Positions 1-8,477 of a stretch of 64,000 bases of DNA are shown piece by piece. Under the pieces are notes generated by a model. The model had not been told where the DNA came from. It made no database searches and saw nothing but the letters and a program-made list of their open reading frames with translations. The stretch is from Thaumarchaeota archaeon UBA164. GTDB taxonomy: Archaea; Thermoproteota; Nitrososphaeria; Conexivisphaerales; UBA164. Location: assembly GCA_002499005.1 (NCBI GenBank), contig DAJU01000010.1, forward strand, positions 201,302 through 265,301, in the 5' to 3' direction. Position numbers and translations under genes: made by a program. How positions within the stretch are numbered: the stretch's first letter is position 1; each line of letters opens with the position of its first letter.

Positions 1-2
1 AC

Positions 3-170
3 GGTAAAATACGGGAGCTGCTAGACCTGCTCTCCTTAGAAATAGGCATGCCTCTTCCCAAGATGAAGGTCTACCTTGAGAACAACGGAATTTCGATCGA
101 CTACGAAAGGCTTCGCAAGATCAAGCGGTACCTCACCTGGCTCCGCCTGAGCTCTAGCTATAGTTTCTGA
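3..170 (+). CDS. 3' end of a hypothetical protein of the integrated element (partial, runs off the window)
   Basis: Open frame from window start GKIRELLDLLSLEIGMPLPKMKVYLENNGISIDYERLRKIKRYLTWLRLSSSYSF* with TGA at 168-170; helical, possibly HTH-like. Confidence 0.5.
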   Translation, partial: GKIRELLDLLSLEIGMPLPKMKVYLENNGISIDYERLRKIKRYLTWLRLSSSYSF

Positions 171-306
171 AACGCTCAGACTTAGACCTAACCGCCAAAA
201 CCGTTCAATTAGCTTGTACTTTATTTCATTTTAACTAAACTAAATTTAACAAGCCGGCAAGGCTGCATTAAACATTGTTTAAAATTCGCCCTGTTTGAGC
301 GTGGTT

Positions 307-368
307 TATGTCGAATCCTGTTGACGCCAGTACAATTCGACATAGTTCGTTCGTAATTATGTCGAATT
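307..368. promoter_or_regulatory. Triple TATGTCGAAT motif (direct/inverted/direct), putative protein-binding site array
   Basis: TATGTCGAAT at 307-316, reverse complement ATTCGACATA at 335-344, TATGTCGAAT at 358-367. Confidence 0.55.
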
Positions 369-424
369 ATTAACGCTGTTAAACGCGGCAGACCTGCTTT
401 TAAGGGAAATCAAAACGCTTAATC

Positions 425-547
425 ATGAAGGTTGAGGACGAAGGCGACGAGGTGATCTTGAGGCTTTCGAAGGAGGAAGCTGAGGAGATGGTAAAGCTGC
501 TTGAGGACGTTAAGGAAGGGCTTGAGAGGCTTTCGAGGAGGCTCTAG
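425..547 (+). CDS. Small 40-aa acidic protein convergent with the integrase
   Basis: MKVEDEGDEVILRLSKEEAEEMVKLLEDVKEGLERLSRRL*; TTTTAAG ~25 nt upstream of ATG; stop overlaps the integrase stop (CTAG 544-547); not in ORF track (<60 aa). Confidence 0.6.
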   Translation: MKVEDEGDEVILRLSKEEAEEMVKLLEDVKEGLERLSRRL

Positions 548-1677
548 CGCTTCTTCTTCAGCGACTCAGCAAGGGATCCTAGGATCTTCGTCAGCTGGTC
601 GACCTTTTCCTTGAGCTCTTGAATTTCAACGGTTGACCTTGCTAGCTCCTCAGCTGTCAGCGGCGTCCCGCACTTTGAGCAGTACCTGGTTCCAGGCGTG
701 TTCTCGGCCCCGCAGCGGGGGCATATGATCGGCGCAAACTTCGGCTTTGGCGGCTCAACCTGGCGACTGGCATAAACGCTTGCCAGCTTTTCGTCCAGGT
801 CCCTCTGGGACAGGTGCACGTATCGAGCAGGGACGTCGCTTTCGCTTGACCATCCATATCTAACCCTGAGCTCGTACTCAGTTAAGAACCGGGCGTTTGA
901 GGTTGCGGAGGAATGCCTGAATAGGTGTGGATATATGCGCTTCCTTATCCCGGCCCTTTCAGCTGTGTCCTTCAGGATTTTCCTGACCATCTGGTACGAA
1001 AGCATCCCGCTATTGCGGGAGAACCAGAGCCATGCGTTCGGGTTGTCCTTTTGAGGGTGCTCATCTATCCACCTGGCAAGCAGGGGAGCGCTTGCTATAA
1101 GCCTGACGACCCTTGAGCCGGTCTTCCCGTGGACCTTTATCTTTGCCCCCATTTCGTCGAACTCAACGTCGCCAACCCTCCTCGGGAGTATCTCGCCTAT
1201 GCGAAAGCCACCGTCAAAGAGAACCGCGATCAGCGCCTTGTCCCTAGTTGTCGGCGCCTTATCGATCAGGGCCTTCACCTCGTCCTCGGTAAGAATCTCG
1301 GGCTCCTCAAGCTCGTTCTTCTTTACGCCTGCCTTGATCCACGAAACGATTTCGGGGTAAGGGGCCCCTCTGTCCAGGGTCCCGCTTATTAACCAGCGGT
1401 AAAAGACCTTTATTTGCCTCAGCATGGTGTCCTTTGTCCAGGCCTTCTTCCCCTTAAGCGAGAGGACAAACTTCTCCAGGTCTTCCTTTGTTGCGTCCCT
1501 GAGCCTCTTCCCGATGAACCTCTCAAGCTCAAAGAGCGTGAGGACGTACCTCTCGACCCTTGCGGTTGAATAGTTTGAGGCCAGGAGCGCCCTTGCAAAG
1601 CTGTGTATGTCTGGGTCGTCCGTCTTTGAAAGGTAGAGCTTCAGGTTCTTTTCCTTGCGGTGTATGTCGACGCTCAT
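544..1677 (-). CDS. Tyrosine recombinase/integrase with C-terminal zinc ribbon and coiled coil
   Basis: Motifs GFRIGE (R), GKTG (K), HLFRH (HxxR), YGW, ARYVH (catalytic Y); CPRC..CSKC zinc ribbon; starts ~70 bp past the tRNA 3' end. Confidence 0.92.
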   Translation of the reverse strand: MSVDIHRKEKNLKLYLSKTDDPDIHSFARALLASNYSTARVERYVLTLFELERFIGKRLRDATKEDLEKFVLSLKGKKAWTKDTMLRQIKVFYRWLISGTLDRGAPYPEIVSWIKAGVKKNELEEPEILTEDEVKALIDKAPTTRDKALIAVLFDGGFRIGEILPRRVGDVEFDEMGAKIKVHGKTGSRVVRLIASAPLLARWIDEHPQKDNPNAWLWFSRNSGMLSYQMVRKILKDTAERAGIRKRIYPHLFRHSSATSNARFLTEYELRVRYGWSSESDVPARYVHLSQRDLDEKLASVYASRQVEPPKPKFAPIICPRCGAENTPGTRYCSKCGTPLTAEELARSTVEIQELKEKVDQLTKILGSLAESLKKKR

Positions 1678-1747
1678 TCGGGCCGCCTCACAAGCAAAGT
1701 ACCTGAATTCCCCTTAAAAGCCGTAGGATATAATATTTTATAGTATT

Positions 1748-1842
1748 CGCCGGGGGCAGGATTTGAACCTGCGCGGGCTTGCGCCCACTGGCTTTCCCGT
1801 GGATCTCGAGGCCAGCCCCTTAGGCCGCTCGGGCACCCCGGC
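1748..1842 (-). tRNA. tRNA-Ser(CGA) with 11-nt intron at 37/38 (intron 1794-1804)
   Basis: GCCGGGG acceptor/CCCCGGC-G, CTGGC-CTCGAG[ATCCACGGGAA]A-GCCAG anticodon arm, long variable arm GGGCGCAAGCCC, GGTTCAAATCC T-arm; CTCG/CGGG central helix of a BHB-like motif. Confidence 0.95.
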
Positions 1843-1955
1843 CTAGACCATTTATTGTTAATCGGCTTAAAAACATTAACCTGCATTTGGCGCTAAGGCC
1901 ATATGCTCTTTTTTGCTGACATTTCTGTTGAGAACATGAAAATTTGCAAACATAA

Positions 1956-2352
1956 CGTTCGGGGATGACAACATCGCACAGACGAACGGCATTCCGTGCT
2001 TGGCTGTAAAGGCCAGGCCTTCCCTTTACGCCCTTTGTTTGCCGCACCCGTCGGAGCCTGCTTTGGCAGCGGGCTTGGCCTCAGACAACCAAGGGACACC
2101 TGGCAACCCAGGTGAGCTTGGCGCCTGCGGCCTAGCCTTCTGCCTCAGCCAGCCCTTCAGGGCTTGGCTTACGCGGGGCGTGCCGGGAGGGCATGTGCCT
2201 CCACAGCCAAACGCGGCATGCCGCACGTATGTGCGGCGCTGTCATTCCCGAACGGCCGCCACGGGCAAGCCCTTGAAAAGGAACCCAACCTCTTACGGCC
2301 GCTAGAGGTGGGGAGGCCTCTTCCCTGTTTCAAGGCCTTGCCCGCAACGGTC
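1956..2352 (+). ncRNA. Unassigned large structured non-coding RNA candidate
   Basis: Long nested helices: 1956-1970/2240-2254, 1975-1984/2226-2235, 1987-2007/2203-2223, 2017-2024/2185-2192, 2027-2038/2171-2182; three apical hairpins; second ~100-nt hairpin 2254-2352; G-U pairs favour the + strand; no credible ORF. Confidence 0.6.
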
Positions 2353-2489
2353 AATAATGATTAGGGCCGTTGTGTTCATATGTTTAGAGATCAAATTAGA
2401 TGCGCAGTTTGTAAAATAAGTTGGATCGCAACCTGCTCGCTTAACTGATGGAGATAAGCTTTAAATCATGAACGTTAAATAGGCCACCT

Positions 2490-3791
2490 ATGAACAACGT
2501 CGAAGAGGCTTCCGATATAATAGCTGACTTTGCTGATGGCATGAGCTATGAAAGGCTTGACCGAAAGGCTGTGCAGGAGCTCAAGAAAAGAATGATAGAT
2601 GCGCTTGGGAACTTTGTGGAGTCAAAAAGGGAAGTGGGCGCCGTGCTTGACAGGGCGGCCTCTGAGTTTAACGGCAACTATGCAACGCTTTCCGGCGAGC
2701 AAGTTTCGCCAGACTTCGCGGCATTTTACAACACGTTCTTGATAAGATACCTTGACTTTAATGACACGTACCTCTCAAAGGAACCGCTTCACCCAAGTGA
2801 CATGTTTGGGGCCCTTTTCGCGCTATCAGCAAAGCTCAACGCCAGCGGAAAGGACCTCATTGAAGCGGCCGCCGTGGGATATGACGTGGGGACAAGGCTG
2901 TGTGACTCGGGATCTCTAAGAAAAGTTGGCGTTGATCACGTGGTGTTTCTTGAAGCGGCAACTGCAGCCGCGGCCGCAAAACTCCTTGGGCTTAAAAGGG
3001 ATCAGATAAAGAACGCAGTCTCCTTGGCAATAGTCCCAAACGTTGCGCTCAGGGAAACAAGAAGCGGCAGGCTTTCCATGTGGAAGGCTGGGGCAGCCGG
3101 GGATGCAACGAGAAAGGCCATATTTGCGGCGCTCATATCTAAGGCAGGCATAACCGGCCCGGAGCTCCCGTTTTCAGGTGCAATGGGGCTTGTTAAAGTT
3201 ATACTTAAGGAGTTTGACACCTCGCCGCTTAAGAGGATGAACGGCTCAGGCGTAGTTGACACCCTGATAAAGGAGTTCCCCGCGGAGTACCACGCGCAGG
3301 GAGCGATTGAAGCGGCTCTTAAGATGAACGTAAAGCCGGAGAACGTTCAGGAGGTTGTGGTTGAGAGCTATGAGGCGGCGAAGACGATACTCGCTGACAG
3401 CCCTGCAAAGTGGTCTCCCACAAACAGGGAGACAGCCGACCACAGCCTGCCGTTCATGGTTGCCGTAACGCTGGCAAAGCACAGCTTCTGGCTTGATTCA
3501 TACAACTACATGAGCGACCCGGTTGTTGTGGGCCTTATGAAGAAGGTTAGAGTTGAAGAGATAGCCGAATTTACCAGAAAGTATCCGGCCACGCTTCCGG
3601 TCAGGATAAGGATCAGGCTGAATGACGGCTCCACGCTTGAGGAGTACCTTGAGCTGCCGAAAGGCCATCCAGCAAGGCCAATGAGCGAAGACGAAGTCCT
3701 GCAGAAGGCCAGAAGGCTTGGGCTCAGCCAGGATAAGGCCGAATTTATAATGAGCCTTGAAGACAGGAGGCTGGGAGGGTTTGCCGTCTGA
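2490..3791 (+). CDS. prpD: MmgE/PrpD family 2-methylcitrate dehydratase
   Basis: RYLDFNDTY..HPSD, LSMWK, TADHSLPF, PKGHP motifs; upstream of prpB. Confidence 0.88.
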   Translation: MNNVEEASDIIADFADGMSYERLDRKAVQELKKRMIDALGNFVESKREVGAVLDRAASEFNGNYATLSGEQVSPDFAAFYNTFLIRYLDFNDTYLSKEPLHPSDMFGALFALSAKLNASGKDLIEAAAVGYDVGTRLCDSGSLRKVGVDHVVFLEAATAAAAAKLLGLKRDQIKNAVSLAIVPNVALRETRSGRLSMWKAGAAGDATRKAIFAALISKAGITGPELPFSGAMGLVKVILKEFDTSPLKRMNGSGVVDTLIKEFPAEYHAQGAIEAALKMNVKPENVQEVVVESYEAAKTILADSPAKWSPTNRETADHSLPFMVAVTLAKHSFWLDSYNYMSDPVVVGLMKKVRVEEIAEFTRKYPATLPVRIRIRLNDGSTLEEYLELPKGHPARPMSEDEVLQKARRLGLSQDKAEFIMSLEDRRLGGFAV

Positions 3792-4647
3792 TTCAATTCT
3801 AAGCTATGAATTTGCCGTGGTGCCGGGCGTGTTTAACGGCTTCTCAGCGCTTCTGGCAAAAGTTGCCGGTTTTAAGGTGGCCTACCTTTCAGGCGCTGCG
3901 CTGACCTCCTCGATGGGCCTGCCAGACCTTGGGGTTATAAGCCTTGAGGAGCTTGCGGCCGCCGTAAGGTCAATAAAGGAGGTCTCAGGCATTCAGCTTA
4001 TAGTTGATGCCGATACCGGATTTGGAGAGGCCGTGAACGTTTACAGAACATTCCGGGTTCTCGAAGCCGCAGGAGCCGACGCTGTGCAGATAGAGGATCA
4101 GGTAAGCCCGAAGAAATGCGGGCATCTTGATGAAAAACAGGTTATACCTGCAGAGGACATGGTTGCAAAGATACTGGCGGCAAAGGAGGTAAGAAAGAAC
4201 ACGCTGATAGTTGCCAGAACAGACGCAAGGGGAGTTTATGGCCTTGACGAGGCGATAAGGAGGGCAAAGCTCTATGTAAAGGCCGGCGCAGACATAATAT
4301 TCCCTGAAGCGCTGCTTAGCGAGGAGGAGTTTAAAGCGTTTGCAAGCGAAGTAAAGGCGCCGCTCCTTGCGAACATGACTGAATTTGGCAAGACGCCTTA
4401 CATAACAGCCCAGAGGTTCAGGGAGCTTGGGTACAGATACGTTATATTCCCGGTTACTGCATTCAGAGCTGCTGCAAAGGCGATGAGGGCTACGTATGAA
4501 GCCCTGATGAGGGACGGCACCCAGCAGGGCATCATGAACATGCTTATGACAAGGGCCGAGCAGTATGAGGTGCTTAACTACAAGTTTTACGAGGACATGG
4601 ACAAAAGGCTTCTAAAGGAAAGCATGGACCTGGAACGCTACAGTTAA
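3781..4647 (+). CDS. prpB: 2-methylisocitrate lyase
   Basis: DADTGFG, IEDQ..PKKCGH, ARTDA, LANMTEFGKTP; likely TTG start at 3781 after GGGAGG. Confidence 0.9.
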   Translation: MPSDSILSYEFAVVPGVFNGFSALLAKVAGFKVAYLSGAALTSSMGLPDLGVISLEELAAAVRSIKEVSGIQLIVDADTGFGEAVNVYRTFRVLEAAGADAVQIEDQVSPKKCGHLDEKQVIPAEDMVAKILAAKEVRKNTLIVARTDARGVYGLDEAIRRAKLYVKAGADIIFPEALLSEEEFKAFASEVKAPLLANMTEFGKTPYITAQRFRELGYRYVIFPVTAFRAAAKAMRATYEALMRDGTQQGIMNMLMTRAEQYEVLNYKFYEDMDKRLLKESMDLERYS

Positions 4648-4690
4648 ATCACCCCTAAAGCTTTTAAGTGAAATTGGCCAACTGATGTTT

Positions 4691-4763
4691 AGCCCGGTGG
4701 TGTAGTGGCCAAGCATCTCGGCCTTTGGAGCCGGGGACGGCGGTTCGAATCCGCCCCGGGCTA
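4691..4763 (+). tRNA. tRNA-Gln(TTG)
   Basis: AGCCCGG/CCGGGCT-A acceptor, TCGGC-CTTTGGA-GCCGG anticodon arm, GGCGG-TTCGAAT-CCGCC T-arm. Confidence 0.96.
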
Positions 4764-4900
4764 CTTGAATCTTTACAAAACGCGTGTCTTCACAACGTTT
4801 ATAAGACGGAGTTTCAATATTATATATTAAAATGAATGTTTGTCCAGTTTGCTGCGCTCAAAAAAACGTTCGGTCGCCTGAATGCGTGAGGTGACCGGGG

Positions 4901-5371
4901 ATGGCAAAGGGGACAACTGGGGTTCTTTCAGAGTATGAGCACACGCTCTTCACGCTTTATGCCAAGCTCTCAGAGGAGAAGTGGCTTGAGCCTCAGGAGA
5001 GAGTCATTTTTAAGAAGATTTCACTGGATTCATTTAATCACGGTGTAATGCTTGACGAGCTAAAGGAGGCCGTTGAGCCGTACATATCTGACAGATATGA
5101 GGAGATTAGCAAAGCCCTTGAAGCCGTCAAGGCGGCAAGGGCAAAGGTTTTTGAGGCCCTGAATGAAAAATCCAGGAAAAGACTTTTCGAGCTTTTGGAG
5201 GAGCTTGAGGGACTTGAGGAATACGCGCTGAACCTTTATGAGAAGCTGGTCAAAAAAGTAAAGGATTCGATGATAAGCATGGCCATCAGATCAATTCTGG
5301 AAGACGAAAAGGAGCATGAAGAGTTCCTCAAGGCGCTTGAAGCAGGATCGCCAGACCAAGCATTAGTTTGA
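4901..5371 (+). CDS. Ferritin-like/rubrerythrin-domain protein
   Basis: All-helical; E..Y and DSFNH / EEYALNLY..DEKEHE di-metal-type motifs; SD GAGGTGA upstream. Confidence 0.7.
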   Translation: MAKGTTGVLSEYEHTLFTLYAKLSEEKWLEPQERVIFKKISLDSFNHGVMLDELKEAVEPYISDRYEEISKALEAVKAARAKVFEALNEKSRKRLFELLEELEGLEEYALNLYEKLVKKVKDSMISMAIRSILEDEKEHEEFLKALEAGSPDQALV

Positions 5372-5478
5372 TTGCTACGTGAGCTTTTTCAAAGGCTACA
5401 GGAGCGTGAGCGTGCAGTTTAAGCTGTGCACAGCGCTAACAGATACGCTTAATTTTTTATTGCCCAAAACAGTTATGG

Positions 5479-6045
5479 ATGAAGATATACTTTATAACAA
5501 AAAACGCGCACAAGGTAATTGAGGCCGCAGAGGCCATAAGAGGATTTAACATAGATCTAGCTGAAGCCCCTGAGGGCGTTGAAAAAGAGGAGGTGCAAAG
5601 CGATTCCATAGAGGAGATTTCGCTGAGGGCCGCAAAGGAGGCCATGAAGATCTTTAATGAGCCCTTTGTTGTTGAAGACGACGGGCTTTTTATGGATGCG
5701 TATGGGGGGTTTCCTGGCCCTTACACGGCTTATGCCTACAGAACAATAGGCCTGAGGGGCGTTATAGCGTTGGCAAGGGCTGCCGGTGACTACAGGGCCA
5801 GCTTCAGGTCAGCTCTGACTCTGCATGTTAATGGAAGGCTTTACCTTTTCACAAGAAGCGTTAAGGGCAGGATAAGCGACCAGCCACGGGGCGCGCAGGG
5901 GTTTGGGTTTGATCCTGTATTTGTGCCTGAAGGGATGACAAGGACATTCGCCGAAATGACCGCAGAGGAGAAGTCGGAGCTATCCCACAGGGCCCTTGCG
6001 TTCAGGCAGATGGCAGCGTATTTAAAGACAGCTGGCATGATTTAA
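5479..6045 (+). CDS. rdgB: Non-canonical purine NTP pyrophosphatase (HAM1/RdgB)
   Basis: TKNAHK, VEDDGL..GFPGPY, GFGFDPVF, KSELSHRALA. Confidence 0.93.
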   Translation: MKIYFITKNAHKVIEAAEAIRGFNIDLAEAPEGVEKEEVQSDSIEEISLRAAKEAMKIFNEPFVVEDDGLFMDAYGGFPGPYTAYAYRTIGLRGVIALARAAGDYRASFRSALTLHVNGRLYLFTRSVKGRISDQPRGAQGFGFDPVFVPEGMTRTFAEMTAEEKSELSHRALAFRQMAAYLKTAGMI

Positions 6046-6094
6046 GGCCTCCAGGCCAGTTAAGCGTTTATAGCCTTCGCCTCAAAACTGTATT

Positions 6095-7108
6095 ATGGCA
6101 GAATACATATGTAGAAAATGCGGGTTTAAGGAGCCCGTGCAAAGGTGGCTGTGGCGCTGCCCTGTATGCGGAGGCCCGCTTGACGTGGAGGGGGACGTCA
6201 TAAAGCCGTTTAGCCTTGGAGAAGGAGGAACCCCATGCATAACATCTGAAAGGCTGGGAAGCGGGGTTATGTTTAAGCTCGAGTACCTTAACCCGACTGG
6301 CTCTTTTAAGGACAGGGGGACGGCGCTTGCTGTTGCTTATGCCAGGTCCCTTGGAATAAAGTGCCTTGCAGAGGACTCAAGCGGAAACGCCGGGATATCC
6401 ATGACCGCATATTCGATTGCCGCTGGAATAAGGCCCATTATAGCTGTGCCGTCTGGATCAGGGTCAGGTAAAAGAAACCTGATGAGCGCCCTTGGGGCTA
6501 CAATTTATGAGGAGAGCACGAGGGATGCCGCAAGGAGAAGGGCCATGGAGCTTGACGGCAAAGGCTGCGCATATGCAGGGCACATGTACTCGCCGTTTTT
6601 CATAAGGGGAATGGAGGGCATTGTGAGTGAGCTTGCCTCCTGCGGGGACTTTGATTCGGTGATAACGCCCGTGGCATCAGGGACCCTGTTTCTTGGGCTT
6701 TACAAAGGCCTAAGGGGAACTGGAAAAAGGCTGTTTGCGGCCCAGGCCGCCGGGGCCGCGTCTCTTTATGAGGCGTTGCACGGAAAGGCGCCGGCTGGCA
6801 CGTCGTCGCTTGCTGATGCCCTTCTTGTAAGAAATCCGCCAAGGCTTTCTCAGATGGTTGAAGCAATAAAGGAAGCTGGAGGCGACGCAGTGCCCATTAA
6901 CGACGAGGAAATCCTGGGCGCGCTGAGGGACCTTTACAGGACAGGGCTTATTGTGGAGCCCTCTTCAGCCGCCTCGCTTGCGGCCTACAAAAAGTTAAAG
7001 GATGATGGGACTATAAGAAACGGGGAAAAAGCGGTGATTGTCCTTACCGGGAGTGGGTTAAAGTACCATTCAGAGCTTGTTGAGCTCCTTAAAAGATCAG
7101 TATATTAG
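6095..7108 (+). CDS. Threonine synthase-like PLP-dependent enzyme
   Basis: N-terminal CxxC..CxxC, KLEYLNPTGSFKDRG, SSGNAG, VEPSSA, LTGSGLK. Confidence 0.85.
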   Translation: MAEYICRKCGFKEPVQRWLWRCPVCGGPLDVEGDVIKPFSLGEGGTPCITSERLGSGVMFKLEYLNPTGSFKDRGTALAVAYARSLGIKCLAEDSSGNAGISMTAYSIAAGIRPIIAVPSGSGSGKRNLMSALGATIYEESTRDAARRRAMELDGKGCAYAGHMYSPFFIRGMEGIVSELASCGDFDSVITPVASGTLFLGLYKGLRGTGKRLFAAQAAGAASLYEALHGKAPAGTSSLADALLVRNPPRLSQMVEAIKEAGGDAVPINDEEILGALRDLYRTGLIVEPSSAASLAAYKKLKDDGTIRNGEKAVIVLTGSGLKYHSELVELLKRSVY

Positions 7109-8476
7109 AGGAACCAGCAGGCCCCCGACTATCAGGAGAACCGCAGAAGCCATTATGGTGAACCTAAGGCCTTTTAGCTGCGCCTTCCCCTCGCCCTGCC
7201 CGTAAATTGACTGAAGTATCCTGAGGTAATAAAACGCTGATATTACGCTGTTTACAACGCCAACTATTGTAAACCAGGGGACCGGGCCTATGTAGAAGAC
7301 GACTATTGCCGGGTTTGCGGCAGCCATGAACACAAAGAGCTTTGCCCAAAAGCCAAGAAGCGGCGGCAGGCCAAGCAGACTTAAGAGCGAAACTGTAAAC
7401 ATCCCTGAGCCAAGCTGGTCTGAGCTGGAACCTCCCCTTATGTCTTCAAGGCTCCTGTCCTTAAGTCCCCCTACATAAGCAAACGCGCCAGCTTTTGCGG
7501 CTGAATAGGAGAAGAGGAAGGCTATCAGGCCTATTATTGCAAGATACCCTGAAACCCCGTAAATCACAGATGCCACGGCCGTTGTTATCGCCATAAGCAT
7601 GTAGCCAACCTGGGAGATGCTGCTGTAGGCAAGGATCTTCTGCACGTCGTCCTGGACAACGGCTGCCACGTTTCCCCACGTCATTGTAACTATTGAGAGC
7701 ACGACGCCTATTATCACTAAGAAGTTCATGTACCTCAGGTATGTGCCGACTATGCCAAGCAGGCTTACTGTGAACAGGAGAAGCCTGTAGATCAGCACAA
7801 GGGGCCCTATCTTCATTATCGAAGAAAGCGCCGAGACAGCCCTGGCATCGGACTTGCCGTAAACTTCAGGCAGCCACATGTGGAAAGGCACAACGCCCAC
7901 CTTGAACCCTATGGCCACAAAAAGAAGCGCCGCACCAAGGAAGATCGGCTCACCGTAACGCCCTAACTCCGCAAGGTATGTGAAACCGGTGAATGAGTAA
8001 ATCAGTATAAGCGCAAGAAGCAGGAACTGAAATGAAATTCCTCCCATAAATGCATACTTGATTGAGTTCCCCATGGACTCCCTGTCCTTTGCTATGGCCG
8101 CGAGCGCGTAGCTTGAAACTGAAAGCGCGCCCCAGCCGCTTAGCGCGATCAGGGGGTTTATGGTTGATGAGAGAACGAAGTTGGCCAGCACGCCTGCAGC
8201 TATTAGTGAAACAACAACGCTCCCCCTTTTGCTGTACAGCACGTACATGGGGGCCAGTATCGCTGAAGCTATAAGGCTTGCCTCAACCGCCGCAAGCGTC
8301 AGGTTGTCCATTATAAATATGCCTGGCGATGAATACCGGTAAACGAAGAAAAAGTACGCCGCAAGCGCGCCAAACAGCAATGATGCCACGTAAGGGTACC
8401 TTTTGTAGGGGAACAGAGGTGAGAGAAGCGAGACCGCCATTGTTGCGCCAATGAATACATAGATCTGGGATATCAT
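7097..8476 (-). CDS. nuoN: Complex I-like subunit N
   Basis: FKVGVVPFHMWLPEVY, LAYSSISQVGY; last gene of the operon. Confidence 0.9.
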   Translation of the reverse strand: MISQIYVFIGATMAVSLLSPLFPYKRYPYVASLLFGALAAYFFFVYRYSSPGIFIMDNLTLAAVEASLIASAILAPMYVLYSKRGSVVVSLIAAGVLANFVLSSTINPLIALSGWGALSVSSYALAAIAKDRESMGNSIKYAFMGGISFQFLLLALILIYSFTGFTYLAELGRYGEPIFLGAALLFVAIGFKVGVVPFHMWLPEVYGKSDARAVSALSSIMKIGPLVLIYRLLLFTVSLLGIVGTYLRYMNFLVIIGVVLSIVTMTWGNVAAVVQDDVQKILAYSSISQVGYMLMAITTAVASVIYGVSGYLAIIGLIAFLFSYSAAKAGAFAYVGGLKDRSLEDIRGGSSSDQLGSGMFTVSLLSLLGLPPLLGFWAKLFVFMAAANPAIVVFYIGPVPWFTIVGVVNSVISAFYYLRILQSIYGQGEGKAQLKGLRFTIMASAVLLIVGGLLVPLIY

Positions 8477-8477
8477 C

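Larger units (their letters stand above)
1..1790. mobile_element. Right end of an element integrated at tRNA-Ser(CGA); the other end lies outside the window
   Basis: Intact integrase immediately downstream of the tRNA 3' end plus small hypothetical ORFs; second att copy not visible in the window. Confidence 0.65.

Noticed and set aside
544-1842. SSV-type split integrase
   Set aside because: The integrase ORF is complete and does not overlap the tRNA
1956-2352. Calling this SRP RNA or RNase P RNA
   Set aside because: Size and rod shape are SRP-like, and GGCCAGGCC (2011-2019) and minus-strand GGCTAGGCCG occur, but there is no GNRA-capped helix 8, Alu domain or RNase P conserved region; left unassigned pending cmscan
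1674-2364. Overlapping short ORFs (61-101 aa) in the track
   Set aside because: They overlap the tRNA and the GC-rich paired region, have low-complexity Pro/Arg/Gly/Ala content and show no motifs; stop-poor GC sequence explains them
4735-4766. ~30-bp identity with 54346-54376 as an att-site duplication
   Set aside because: Both belong to complete tRNA-Gln isoacceptors, and the intervening 50 kb holds core genes
4892-4894. Selenocysteine or readthrough of the TGA joining the uORF to the ferritin-like gene
   Set aside because: The TGA is part of the SD GAGGTGA, and no SECIS-like element is evident
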